Source of the DNA: Okamejei kenojei
Taxonomy: Eukaryota
DNA: 64,000 bases
Direction of reading: 5' to 3'
NCBI GenBank assembly: GCA_035221665.1
Contig: CM069144.1
Coordinates: 29,636,001-29,700,000, forward strand
A program made the position numbers and the translations under genes. Positions 11,519 to 25,259 of the stretch are shown here, in pieces. A model generated the notes under the pieces. The model ran no database searches. It saw only the letters and a program-made list of their open reading frames with translations, and had not been told where the DNA came from. The stretch's first letter is position 1; every line of letters starts with the position of its first letter.

Positions 11519-11739
11519 CTATGGAAGAGACAATATGCATCTGGTTAACAAGGGCAGCAAAAGCACATCCCATCCCTCATCTGCATCAATTCAATTGTGC
11601 AGTGGAGGTTCTGCAGTTACTTTATGAGCCTACATCTGATTACATTTATGTTTGTCACTTCTCTTTATAGTTATTCCATCGGATAGATTGACACAGTATG
11701 TAAACTCAGGTGGTTGAGGTCAGCTATTCCATTGGATTT

Positions 11740-12040
11740 ATCTGCAGTGCTCCAGAGGCTGTACCTTCAGCTCAGGCTCTATTGATGTAGGGCCAAGTCT
11801 CATTACATTGACTTGTACATGTAATCTAGTTCATTGGAGAGAGTGCTGCACCAGTGGAAATGCCCTTCATCAAGTGAAGTGACAAACAAAGATCTGACTA
11901 CCCCCATCATACCCCTCGGATGCACACTAAAGATCACACGGCTCTTGGATCTGAGATGTGCACAGGAAGTCTGCCTGGTGTCCTAACCAATATTTATCCT
12001 TACCCAACAAAACAGGAAAACAGATTGGCCAAGAAATTCT
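11740..12040 (+). mobile_element. Ancient Deu-domain SINE (SacSINE1/AmnSINE-like)
   Basis: gagagtgctgcacc...taaagatcacacggc...ctggtgtcctaaccaatatttatccttacccaac resembles the Deu core as I recall it. Confidence 0.55.
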
Positions 12041-12675
12041 GTCATGTAGTTGACAGAAAGTTGTATGGATGATTTAATTGGAACTTACTTGCTAAATGCA
12101 TTAAGCATTTCTCTGCATGGATAATAAATCTGTAGTGTGGTCTCTGATGATTTTAGGTATGTTTGTGATATCAATTTGAGACAACAAATCAAATTAACTT
12201 TGCAAAATGTGACTGTGCATTTGTGGTTTATGAAGGGTGTTCTTTTGAATGATGGGAACGGCGTTATCCACTATGTTTTGCAACATTAATTGCTGCCCCA
12301 ATGACCAATGCTGATGACATATGATCTTTCTGGCCGTCAGCAAGAGTAGCTGAAGAGGCAGCTGAGTGTCTTTGCTGTGGCAGGAGACTGGACAGCAGTG
12401 TGCAATTAACATCCTCAGTCACCTCGCATTATGTCCCCTTCTTTGATGCCAAATTTTGTCTGAGGATGGTTCTTCAAAGTTCCTTGGTATGCTTTTTTGT
12501 ATTGAAGATGCTCTTTAGCACAAGCTGCCTTCATTATGTATGAGTTTTTGGGACTTTGGAATCCAAAGACTGTATCTTTAGATTTGCAGAGCCACCTAGA
12601 TAACTTGCCCAATGAGCTGAATGACATGAAATTTAGATAATGACCTTACCGGTAATTGCTTTCTTCCTTACTTAC

Positions 12676-12760
12676 CCACAACCAGTTCTCGTACTTCCTT
12701 CCAATGTATATCACTTCCTGTCTCATGCACAATAGTAACTGTTATCCTTCTTTGGATTCC
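12676..12760 (-). CDS. KIF1A: KIF1A exon [28 protein letters not shown]
   Basis: 85 nt, tag|...|gtaagt, phase 0-1. Confidence 0.97.
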
Positions 12761-13889
12761 CTATCAAAAACAGAAAATAAAATGCCTGAGTCACATAATT
12801 CCAAACATCCTTTGACAAATCTTCAACTGGTCAAGGAAGTCCTCTACTCAAAAGGAATGGGAAGTGGGGGAGAAGAATACATGAACATGTAAGTTGTTAT
12901 GGCCACAATAGAAAAAACTTCTCTTTGAAGCAGTTATAACCTGGAATAAATACCTGGAGTTGATCTGTGTTACTATCCTTTTGGCTGTTTCCATCACAAA
13001 ATGATTTAATTACAGTTTGAAAGTACAATACTACTGAACTGATAAAAAACATAGAATTACACACTCCCCTTACAACACCTGACCTTGATAACATGTGTCA
13101 GATTCTGTTAGGAACATAAAATTTAACAGCATTTTTAAATGGAATGTGTGCTTCCACTAGGGAAAGTTCTGTGCTGTATGATCTAATATGTAAAATACAA
13201 CACAGTTGTGTCTATAAAAGTAGTCAAGATCATCAGTTCTTATTGCCTCAGGTCCAATTCGTATTTACTTGACTGCAAGGCTAAATTTGGAAATTGATTT
13301 TTCCTCATTTTTCCCACAATAGAAAAAAATACAATTGCACTCACCATTCACTGTTCACCTCATTTCTGTTCATCAACACCATGAGTACACTTTTCACTGA
13401 TTTATCAGTGGGTCCAATACTGCAGCAGGGATCAGGCTAACATGGATGAGATGAAAGTGGAGGAGCCTGATGTGGCCTCCCCACTCACTACGTATATGGA
13501 GCTTAACTGGAGCAAGAGGGGAGGACTAAAACCTAGATTGCAGTAAGACTGACTGTATGAAGAAGAGCCATGACAAACTGTAATGGGTGGGAAGAGGATA
13601 GATGCAAAAGATCGGAAGGAAATGACTCATTCAACAGATCTGGCCATATTCTGCTCAGGATTGTGAGGAAGTTTAGAACTACTTATAAAAGCAAAACATC
13701 TTCACTATCCAGTTCACTTAATGTTGTTGCTAAGTGCTAAACCTTCCTCATTTCCCATCTAGATGAAAGGTTATTGATCTGAAATATTATTGGTGTGTCT
13801 CTTTTCTCCAACATTGCCTGAACTACTGATGATTCCTACTGGATTTTGTTGAAAAGTAGTTACATTCTCAGTAGGTAGCCTTGAAATGA

Positions 13890-14430
13890 GATAGTCGTTG
13901 GCCACTTGTGGTCTGATAGCAATTGCAGAGTTGTTGATGCAGTTTATCGCACAAACCAATATCCTCTCATTGATTCCACCTGTATTTCATGCTGCCTTGG
14001 GACAGCAGCCAACATAATCAAGGACCATGTTTACCCGGGTCATTCCCTCTTCTTCCTTCCCCTGGTGGGCAGAAGATACAAACGCCTGAAAGTGCATACC
14101 ACCAGATTCAGGAAGAGCTTCTTCCCCACTGATATCAGACCCAATGGTCCTTTAGATCAGATAAAGACGTAGTCCCAATCTTCTAATCTGCCACACTGTG
14201 GACCCTGTACTTTTTTTGTTATCTGCATTTTCTCTGTAACTGTAATGCTGTAATGCTGATACACTATATATTGTTGTTATATTACTATACCAGTAAACTC
14301 TGGTATTTTTTTCTCTTTGCATTACTTGTTGGACCTGATTGCACTTGTGTATAGTATGATTTGACTGGACAGCACATAAACAAATAATTTCACTGTATCT
14401 CAGTACACGTAAGAATAATAAAGCAATACC
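13890..14430 (+). mobile_element. Rex1/Babar-like LINE 3' fragment
   Basis: AANIIKDHVYPGHSLF..GRRYKRLKVHTTRFRKSFFP, then a tail tttcactgtatctcagtacacgt..aataaa. Confidence 0.75.
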
Positions 14431-14582
14431 AATAGCTCAACATGCCTCTTTTAACACTGAATATTCTTTAACCAAAGCCAAAAGCTGCTAAAGGAGAGAC
14501 ATGCGTAACAGATTGCACATTTTTATCAGAGACAACAGGCAGAACATAAGAATCCAGTTTGAGATTGTTTATGCAGCAGTAC

Positions 14583-14649
14583 CTGGTGCAGTAGGAAAGT
14601 TCCATGACAGGGCATTCCACCTCTATGGTCGACTACAGCGGGAATATAC
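14583..14649 (-). CDS. KIF1A: KIF1A exon [22 protein letters not shown]
   Basis: 67 nt, cag|...|gtactg, phase 2-0. Confidence 0.97.
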
Positions 14650-15031
14650 CTGCAGAAGGAAAGGGAGACACTATATGTTCTCTAGTCTGCAATTTATGTA
14701 AATCTAACAAACACCGACGGAAATGTTTAGCCTGTAAATCAGGTATGATGAGTGTCTTTTACCGCCTGAACATGAGCCCAACAAGAGCTGGTCATTGATA
14801 TTTTTCAGGTTATACAGTAATGAGTGATAGTACAATACGATACGATAGAACTTTATTTATCCCATGAGGGAAATTGATCTGCCAACAGTCATAAAAACAC
14901 AAAATACATGAAATTAAAGTGACGAGTGGAAAGGATTGAGGATGTGCAAAGATTGGGGCCGGTGGGGGGGAAGGAGGAGTCAGTCTCAGTCCGAGATATA
15001 GATGGTGAACAGGAAGGGTAACAGTACTTAC

Positions 15032-15140
15032 TCTCCAGTAGCCTCCAACTCACAGATCTCAAAGAACACCAGCAGGTCATACTTGCCCTGACACTGCCCT
15101 GCAGTGGGGCGGCTCATGGTGCTCAACTTGGTCGCTGGCA
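15032..15140 (-). CDS. KIF1A: KIF1A exon (V)[35 protein letters not shown](E)
   Basis: 109 nt, cag|...|gtaagt, phase 1-2. Confidence 0.97.
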
Positions 15141-18100
15141 CTGTAAGGACAATAATCATTAGTCAGGGCAATGGAAGGAGCCCAAGCGTGAGTGCAAATC
15201 TTGCAACTGGTTCTGTCACTAGTTTGCAACAATAACTGTTCAAAAAGCTGCTGCTTTGTTAAGTGGCAAAATTGGCATGCAAAATATGAACCAATCTTCA
15301 CATTATTTTACAAAATGCGTATTGTGACAGGTTCAGTTCTACAATTGTGCAATCATTCAATTTTCACAATGGGACCAGGAAGAGTAAACTTGGCTGGGAT
15401 TATTTTCTTGGAACAAGAGAGTAACTGGGGGGCAATTTAATTGCCGTTTAAAATCATGGGTGGCGTGAACTGAAATAATCTTAGCAGGGAATTTAGAAAC
15501 AAGGGGGGGTGGTTTGTTAATTGGATTAGGGGAGTTACAAAAACAAATTCAAGTGTTAGGGATCTGGAATTTACTGTCTGGAAGGGTGTTGGAGGCAGAG
15601 CCCTCATGTAAACATTGCCTGGATGACTACTTGAGGTAGGTGCAGGGCCAAGGATTAGGATTGGGAGAGAACATTTCACCTAACGTCTATGTGCACAAAG
15701 ATGCTCAGTTAAGTGGATTTCTGCTCCATACTTTCTAAGATAATTGGGTAGCTCATGGAGTCTCTGGACTTTGCAGCGGAAAGACTCTGACAACCAAAAC
15801 TGACAACCAAAATCGCAATTTCTTACGCAAGATAAAAATGACACAAAGCACAGCAGACACTCAGAAGAATTAAGAGTAAAGACCACACAGCACACTGCAT
15901 TGACTGATCCACTCCTGTTTCATCTTTCTAAATGTGTTCGTTCTTTTTCACACATGTATTGACCAGTTGGAGCAGAACTTGATTTTCCTCAGAAGAGGAA
16001 CCCTTCTCTGCTCCACTGGTGTGTTTATGTGTTGAATTATCCTTCAACAAATCTAATTTAGTAATAAAAATATTTTTTTGCAGCAGCATATCTTTGTGGC
16101 ATCGCACACCACCTATCTCCCTAGCTCCTGCTTTGCTGCGCAGGAATTAAATTCAGGAAATGTGCATCTTCCACTAAATTTCAACTTTCACTCTTGGACC
16201 TGTCTTTCTCAGTTAGAAAACCAAAATGGAAATCCCACCCCTAAGAATTCATTCCTTCTTACATTAAAATGCAAATCTGTACATTTCCCTGCAGCTTCAT
16301 GTTCTCTTCTGAAAGGATCTAGTCGCCTTCCGAAGATTTGCGCACACAATGACAGATTCAATCACACCAAAATCTGAATGGAATGAGTACTCTGATCACT
16401 ATGTAAATGTCACTGTTCAATGGGCCAAGAGCACTCTGTGGCTCAATGTTACCTTCTTGAATTATAATTAACATGTAAAAATTAAACAAAAGGGCACCTG
16501 TTGGGGTGTGATTGAATAACAGCAATGGACTAAGTGTGCATAGTTCACAAATTGTACTGGCTATCAAGCAGCTCAATTATGAATCAGGTTTTGTGTTGTC
16601 AATTGCGAACGGTGCCTTCTTATAATCACATCAGTCTTGCTCTCCATTGAGAAGAGCAACTGAGGACTCCTCTACTACCTTCTGTTGTCCATATAATTAA
16701 AATATAAACCTTAACTTCACATCTTCACCAAATTGATTTGGTCCTTCTATCTACCTTGGAGGAACCTTTCATCTTAGACTTCACCAAGGGGTTTCAACTT
16801 CCAAAATGTACGTGAATCACAAATCTTGGCATCAATATCAAATGTTTCAAAGTTAATCTGTAGTCACATCTATTTTCAATTTAGTTGCACACTCTTGTCC
16901 ACTGTTGTATGTTACTGAGTGAGACACAAAGGCACAGGACTGAGAAATGACACACTGCTGCATCCTGTGGGAAATCACTTTAAATTGGGTATATCACCAG
17001 GGGCAAGAGAAGTGAGGGGAATAAAACATGGAATCAGCATCTTCAGGAAGGTAGCAGAAATTTATCGACTAAGATTCCATCAGTAAAACATATTTTTTCT
17101 TAGATTATCCCAAAATCAAATTCCAGAATGAAAACAAAAGTAAGGAAAATAGAATATCCAATGCCTTTAAGAATCCAGCCACCCAACACTGTTATGTATG
17201 TTCAGTGTGAAGGAAAATGGTCAGAAAATAGTTATGGGTGAAATTTCACGTTCATATAAGACAGGAAGTGGAGAAGGTGAGGTACCCAACTGTGCCTGGA
17301 GACAGATCACTGAGCTGAATCAGGCACGTTAAATCTCCAAAAATCTGGTATCCAGTTATTTGGAAACACCTATGGTTTAGTTCAGCATCTGCCTCACACA
17401 TTCATATATTAAATATTCAGTGTCCATGGAATTACTATTAATGTACCATCCAGATGCTTATGAGGTTATCTGTGTCGTTTTTAATGCATAGGCTGGGTGT
17501 GGCCAGAGCCCTGCTCAGAGTGTGGAATGTCTCGGGTCAGGGGCATGAGGCTAGGTTTTTGGCTGGATCCAGGGACTGGGGTGCTTGAGTGTGTCAGCTT
17601 GTTTTGATTTTAGAAAAGCTGAAACTGATTAGTTCCTGTTTCTTGTGCGACCTTTAAACTTGCTAGAGCTCAGATTCCTGCTCCCTTTAAACTTATGGAA
17701 ATTTAATACTTCATTTTTAACACATATGTTTATTTAAAAAAGTGAATTAAAAGTGTGCTGGAGTAAATATCCAATAAAGTGGGAACTCTGCAGTTTGATA
17801 CCAGCGTGAGAATGCTGGATTACCACATTTCCCTGTGAAGTTTCATGTATAATATGTGTGGGAGAATAATCAGTTGACCATACAGGGTTTTACAGGTGAA
17901 ACATACAGGAGGAGTGTGTTGAAACATCCAGTAATACAAAGAGTTGAGTAGATGGAGCACACAACTAAGTAAGGTGAACACACTTATAGTTTAGGAAATG
18001 GGCAATTAATTTGGCAATAATATGTGGAGCTGTTTTTGGGTAAAGTATCCAATTGAAGTGACTTCCAACAGGCTCCTTTGCTACGAACCATGTGTCTGGG

Positions 18101-21064
18101 CTTTCATGACAGCACAGCCAAGGGAAGAGGGAAGGGGCAAGTGGACATAATCCTCCTCCTCGGAGAGATAGGAAACAGCAACACTAGCAGCAGACACGGC
18201 GTGCATGGACAGCGAGTCCAGGAATGGGAGGTTCAACCCATCAGGCATCAGGTGTTTAATTAAAACAAGTGCTTTTTCATTCTCTGCAAAGTGTGACATG
18301 GGAACAGAAAATAACAGAAATCATAACATTACACCAACTCCGTCAGGCTGCCTAATGAAGAAAGAAACGTGTTAGTATTCCCAGTGCCCATCCACTTCCC
18401 CACCAAGACCAGACAATTGCTGCAGGTTAGTGTGCGAGAGAAAACTTGAATGCTGTCCTTGGATATTGTCTAGCCCTGGGACGCTTATCTGATTTCAGGT
18501 GCTTTAACTTCTGATAACTGAGACCTGACCTATCTATACTCATTTCTCTGCCTTCAATACTCAGTAAAACAATGCGCTTGTTTTAGGTGGCATTGTAGAT
18601 TAATGAACATGCCCTAATATCATGTGCTGCTGTCACCAATCCGGCAATTAAGTCCTCCAAGCAGTATCTGGCAACTGGATCCAGTGAGACTGGTTTCTCA
18701 GATGCGACATGCTGAAAGGTTGATTTTATGAGAATAGATCATGTTCGAGATCTTGTCTGGATGGATGTACGCCAGTCTCAAAAATGTTTTTTGTAGTTCC
18801 AGATTAATGACTTTTTCCTGGCATCAGGTGCAAGCCTATTGATGTCACTATTCACGCCAGGGCTGTTATTGCCCACGCTGACATCAATTGGAACATAAAA
18901 CTCCACATTGGGGCTCTTGTGGAAGACTCACTAAAAACCGGAGCACATTGTGCTTGCCTGGGTATTGTTCTCACAGCCGGCATTGGGGGAATTGACTAGG
19001 CACCTTCAAAATTAACAACTAACAGCACAGGCACCTTCCAAAGTTAACGCTCTTGAACTAACAGGGAATGTTTCTCTCAGCATTCAGCTTCTGAGATACC
19101 AATTCAAAGGGTAAACATGGTATGACTGCTGGCAGCATACCGTGGCCATAGGCATCGTTACAGCCATGGTTGGCCTTAAAGACCTCAGGTGAAGCCATGT
19201 TCATCCGTGCGGACAACTCCAGAGATCCATGGATACTGTCACTGGAGGCATAATTACAGTCATGCTGGCCATTCAGGATGGGTCAGATCTCAGGAGAAGT
19301 TCATTATTAGAGACAATTCCCAGTGAGTCTTTGAGATGCCAAAATACATGGTCCTCCCAGAGAACAATGTACATGTCAGCTTAGGTTTCTATGGCTATTG
19401 TCACTGAAAACAAAAAGACCTTCATAAAGCACATGTCTAGACCGTGTTGTTCACTGATTGGTCATGCTTCTTAGTTTTCTGACAATGTATCATTTCTTAA
19501 GCAAACCCTTGCCAACCCTCTTAATTTAGCTCATTGTGGAGTAGATAGGTTACTCAGACTATCTATTTCACATATAAATTGCTTAATCTCTTGTTTTTGG
19601 CGAGAAGGTGGTACCAATGCTGGCGATTATGCGCTGCACTCACACTTCATGTAGAGCTCCCTTGAATAACCTGGACTGTTTTATTAATAGGAAAAGTTTC
19701 TACTTCCTCCATATGCAAGCTTTGTGAACAACGAGAAGAATATCATGTTTTGGGAAACACAAGTCATTTCCCTTCCTGAGGGAGTCAGAACTTCTGATCA
19801 AAACTGGAACTCTCTTCCATCTCCATGGTGCCTGTTGTCATTGCCTGGTGGCCCTGACAATGTGTCTCTAAACGCTGATACTTCTATGTTTCTCTTGCTC
19901 AGCAAGTCGACTACATTAACCCATGTCTGATTCCATCAAGAATCACATAGATCCCATTTGAGGGGGTTCACCAGCCTAAGCTAGCTTCAAAAATGTTTTT
20001 TCAACTTTCTCTTTTCTTTTAAGTCCTAATCTGGTACAAGCCCAAAGCATGACAAATGTCTGTGCATCGAAAATAGACAAAATCAAATGTCTGTGCATAG
20101 AAAATAGAACAATGGTCTTCATTATTGATAAGCCCCATTCCAAATTTGTTTAACTACCTTAAGATGACTATGCTATCTATTGTGGAGGAAGATGAACTCA
20201 TGTCTGCATTATTAAGTCTAACTTTTTGGATGACAAATCTAATGGCATACCACCATGCTAATGGAAGTGTTGATGTTAGAACAGTGCAGGGCACCAAAGA
20301 TGAAGATCAGGGTTACTACAATGATCACAGGATGAATTTAAAGTTGCCCTTGGACTGATGGAGACAGACTGAGGCTGATATTGATACCAGGTTAAGCTTT
20401 AAGGTTAATACTTGGAAACCCAACCTCTCCACTCTAGCCTGGTTTCACATCAGTAGAAAGCCTGAGGTCAGAGATTGGCACGGATGAATGTAGTGGTAGT
20501 TTCAGAGTGAAGGTCTTTGTCAATGTAAAGAGTATGGCAGTTAAGCGGCTGAGAGGGAGAGTGGATGGGAAGTCTTGATTATGTCTGAAACAGGCAATGC
20601 CGCTCACTGATGTTATAGAGATAATGTTTCCCCATTTTGAATTTGATATGTACAAACTAAATTTCTGAGCATGTCCATCAAGATCTTTGCATTACTCTTG
20701 CCTCCTTCTTTCGCTACTACCTTGAAGTTGCTGTCTCTTGCTCCAGTTTGATGGTTTCCCTCAGGCGACCTGCTACTCTCTGGCCTGAGGGACTAGTGGA
20801 CTGAGCACAGGTCCGGCATAGGTCTCAGCTATAGCAGGACCAGCACCTCCAACTCACCATCAGTCACTGTTGGTGACTGCAATGAAATTGAGGTTCTAAT
20901 TTACAACTATAAGGGACCTAATGTCATCTGAGATATCCGAAAATTCATCTTCACCAATAAATTGGGTAAAGAATATTGTATACGATAAGTGACTGTTTTT
21001 TGCTGTTTCCCAGTTAATTGTCACTAAGTTAATCAATAAAGCATAAAGCATTCAATTGTCTCAC

Positions 21065-21120
21065 CTGGTTTACTCAAGGGCATCACCCGAGGGAATTGCC
21101 GGCGAGAAGGTCTTAAAGGA
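21065..21120 (-). CDS. KIF1A: KIF1A exon (S)PLRPSRRQFPRVMPLSKP
   Basis: 56 nt, cag|...|gtgaga, phase 2-1. Confidence 0.97.
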
Positions 21121-22129
21121 CTGAGAACAGAGAAAGAGAAAAGACCAAGTGAAAACCACTTAGAAAATACAATGTAATTGGGTGCTTTTGAAGAGCAGAT
21201 CACTGGTTACACCATAAATAGATAATTCATTTTGTTTGCACAGTGAAATTCCTAGATTAGTTGTTAAGTGCAGGGTCTGATAAAATATAAAAACAACTAT
21301 TTCTCATGGACTGAAGGCTATCACCGGGGCATGGCAACTAACCCATTGTCATATGAGCAGGAGAAAAGTATACAGTCCCTTAAGCCTATTACACCGTTTA
21401 GTGGGAACTTGGCTGACCAATATCACACTTTTGCCCCAATCCTTGATAACTTTATGAACAAAAAGTATCAATCTCTGATTAATGATTGATAGCTGAACTA
21501 AATTTCCAGAGGAGAGGAAAAAACTTTTACTAACTTCCATGCCGAAATGTCCTAAGTTCCCTCCTTATAGCTCTGACTCAGTTCTTTTGGTTATATGTTT
21601 TGCTTATGTGGTTACCAGATTGCCAACCTGTGGGAAACATTTATCTTATCCCCTCTATCAGACTTTCTTAATGTCTTGAAGATTTCAGTCAATTCTAAGT
21701 TCTAGTGAATACAAACTTTAGTTTCTGCAACCTATTCTCACAACTGGCCTTCTGGCATTTTAGCTATTGCTCCAAGCTGAACATATCCTTCTAGATTGTG
21801 GTGCACAGTACAGAATCAGGTATGCCAGCTGTCATCTAAACTAGGGTCATGTATACCTGGACTACCCACCGCAGACACTTGTAGGGTCTCGGAAAATATA
21901 ACCAATGCTGTCCCATTCATTCACACCAGACCATCTTTTCATTATCCCCCATGTTCTCCTGATGCTCCGGTTTCTCCCTACGCTCAAAGACGTGCTGGTA
22001 GATTAACTGATAACTTATCCTTTAGAGTGATTCATGGTAAAAAGGGTCAAATGGTTTTGATGGGTGTGTGTGGGAGAATAATGTAAGAATACAAAATAAG
22101 GAGAGGGGGCTCCTGGAAGCTGGCATGGC

Positions 22130-22340
22130 CCTCCAGTCCACAGAAGACAGTGGAGGCCAATTCACTGGATGTTTTCAAGATAGTCAGATTAGCTCTTAGG
22201 GCTAAAGGAAACCAAGGGATATGGGGGAAAAAGGAGGAACGGGTACCGATTTTGGATGATCAGCCACTATCATATTGAATGGTGGTGCTGGCTCGAAGGG
22301 CCAAATGGCCTACTCCTGCACCCATTTTCTATGTTTCTAT
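22130..22340 (+). mobile_element. CR1-clade LINE 3' end
   Basis: ggctcgaagggccaaatggcctactcctgcacccattttctatgtttctatg tail, same family as 5586-8056. Confidence 0.85.
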
Positions 22341-23034
22341 GCTGGGTGGAATGGCCTCCTTCTGAGTTGGAATAAGACAGGCAGGAGACCATTGTCATTT
22401 CAGGTAAGTGTGCATGTGTGATCCAACGCTTATTTGCCTGTCTTTCCCAGGTCTCTGAACTGTAAACTCATTAGTGTTAAATTGAGTGTTCTTGATGTGC
22501 AAAACAACCACTCCAACTAGCTCAATACATGTATTTTAATTTCCTCCCTCAAGTATTTTTCTTCTTCCTTAGGTGATCAGCGAGGGATTGAAGTTGGGGA
22601 CCTGGTTACAATTTCACTCATCTAATCCCATTCCTCTCTTGAGTTATTCATATGAAAGGATGTGAGAGATCCAACCTGTGGTAATGTTCCTTCTGATCAT
22701 CTTAACTATTGAGCCAGTATTTGGCCTATGTGAAATTCATGGGACAGGAATATAAATTCTGGGTGCCAATTTGTACACCAACAATAGGCATGGCTAAAGT
22801 AATTCTCTTTCAATTAGATTTTGTGCTCATAACTAGCATTTGCACCTTCATGTGTTGTACAATGTCCACCAATAGTCTGAATTATCCTAGATGCTTCCCA
22901 CCCATGACAATATCAATGGAACTAAAGATGGTTGCAGAACCTCTAACGCTATGAAGAGTGAGATATCTTTGAGATTTTCTGAGCTAGAAAAGACTGAGCA
23001 AGTGGCTGTAAACAACATATAGCAGGAGAGGTTA

Positions 23035-23178
<144 letters not shown>

Positions 23179-24863
23179 TTACATTTTAAGATAAAAAAAA
23201 AAAATACAAGTTTCCAGACTGCTGCAGCCATTAACAGGACGTGTGGTAGGACATACTGCTATGTACAGGTCGCTGCCGAGTCATTACAATATTGTAAGTA
23301 AGGAGGTTTTAGAGCTGAAGAAGTCTTGTTTTACTTGAGAGCGAACCTGCCCTCAAATCCTTCAAACCCTGTTTGCTCCTGCAACAATTGGTCAAACTCA
23401 ACCCCATGACTCACAATCCATGATCAGCCCAGCCCTCTGAGCTCCTGACCTTTCAATCCCTGAATTCCCTCGATGGTGCAATAGCAGATAAGCAACCCTG
23501 GGCCTGAGATACTAATAAGGTTTGGTGCAGCAGGCCATTAGTGCATGCACCATGCAACAAGTCCATAACAGAGTGCACCATATGTATTCTTTGATTTTAT
23601 GCTTAGCTTTGCATGCATTGCTTTCTTTAGGGAGTCGGACAAGGAGGGTGTAGGTTTTGAAGTTCAGTTGAGCGCTACATGTGTATATAGACTGTGGTCT
23701 AGTGGACCAGAGGAATTGCAGATCGGGACCCATTGAAGGGTGTGCTTGAGTAAACACTGGTTGGAGGCGTCAAACAAGAGGGGGATAATCTGTGCTTGGT
23801 TAAATGAAATTAGTAACAAAAAGGGGTGTCAAAAAATGAATGACCAATTTTGAGCCATGACCAAAATTCTCAAAGAAGCAGAGGGCTGGGTATGGAGTTA
23901 AATCAGCACATCACATCTGGAACCACTTGAGAGGGTGTTGCCCATGTGACAAAATTGGAGCAGATGTGACAATTGGATAGTACATGCAACTGTTTGCAAA
24001 GTGGTTTGGATGAAATTCTTGCCAGGTTAATGAAGACTGCAAGGGAAGAAACTGCACACCATTTTCCACTGCCCCTTGGCAGTGTCAGAGGACTAGAGGG
24101 ATAAAATGTAAAAATGCAGAACCATACAGCACAGATGCAGGCCCATTGGCACAACTCATCCTATCTCCCCTTAAACCTAAGGCATCCTACCCTTGTTTAA
24201 CTTCCCAAAAGACACATGTCTGAGTTAATTTCCATCCACCATCCCTTTGCTCACTCTCCCATTTCATCTGGATGCTGTTGTAATCTTAGACAAGCTACAT
24301 TCCACTGCCAATTTTGGTGTCAAATACGAACTCACCAGTCATGTCACTACATTCTCATCAAAATTATTAACATAAAACAAAAATGGACACGGCAACACAC
24401 CATTTGGTCATGGGCTCCAATTTGAAAAGGGACATTCCACTACCATCCTCTGCACAACGTTAGGCTGATTATCCCTAATATGGCATTGTATTTCCAAATA
24501 CAGATAGATCCTGTCTTCCAGAATCTACTCCAGTAACAGAATGCATTGGCAGGGGAGACGGTGAAAGCAGATAAAATAGCAGTAAATAAAATATATTTAG
24601 ACAGACATCTGAGCAGTCGTGGAATAAACAAGTAAGCCATTTTGAGGTGTCATTTTTCCACATTTATGCTTTTTCCTTTTCCAGACTCACTCACTTCCTA
24701 TGAATCTGCTCTCCCTCTGCATTTGCATGGTAGGAAACAACATTACTGTCCTGTGGAATCACATCTACTAATACAGCACAGACACCAAACTGCCAACATC
24801 AGACACCAAGATCAGTACTGTATTGTCATCAACATAGTGCAACACAAGATGTCCAAACACACT

Positions 24864-24891
24864 TAATATTAATATTATAATATTAATATTA
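24864..24891. repeat. Perfect 28-bp AT-only palindrome
   Basis: taatattaatattataatattaatatta equals its own reverse complement. Confidence 0.9.
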
Positions 24892-25060
24892 TAGCAGAAT
24901 ATTTTCTCCATCCATGGGATATAGACATTGCAGGAAGGTCAACATTCATTATCAACTTTTCACCACCTTTCTGATTCTCTGCAATCTGTGTGGTAGAGTA
25001 ATGCCTGGGCAAACTATCTGGTTCTGCCTAATCACTGCTGTATTCGCAATATCAACTCAC

Positions 25061-25151
25061 ATTCTGCACATGGTAAAAACCCAGTGGGGGTCCTCGGCCT
25101 GTGTTCTTTAATGGCTCTGTAGAAAAGGCTTCTTCTTGACGATGGATGAAA
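25061..25151 (-). CDS. KIF1A: KIF1A exon [30 protein letters not shown]
   Basis: 91 nt, tag|...|gtgagt, phase 2-0. Confidence 0.97.
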
Positions 25152-25259
25152 CTATAAAAGAAATAAAGAAAGACAATCACAGCTAGACCCTGGTTAGAAG
25201 TTCCTTACTTGTTTTTGCTTATTTTATATTCATTCAGTGGAACTGCCAAAGTCTACATA

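Noticed and set aside
20053-20108. 31-bp tandem duplication
   Set aside because: Ordinary two-copy slippage with no further structure.
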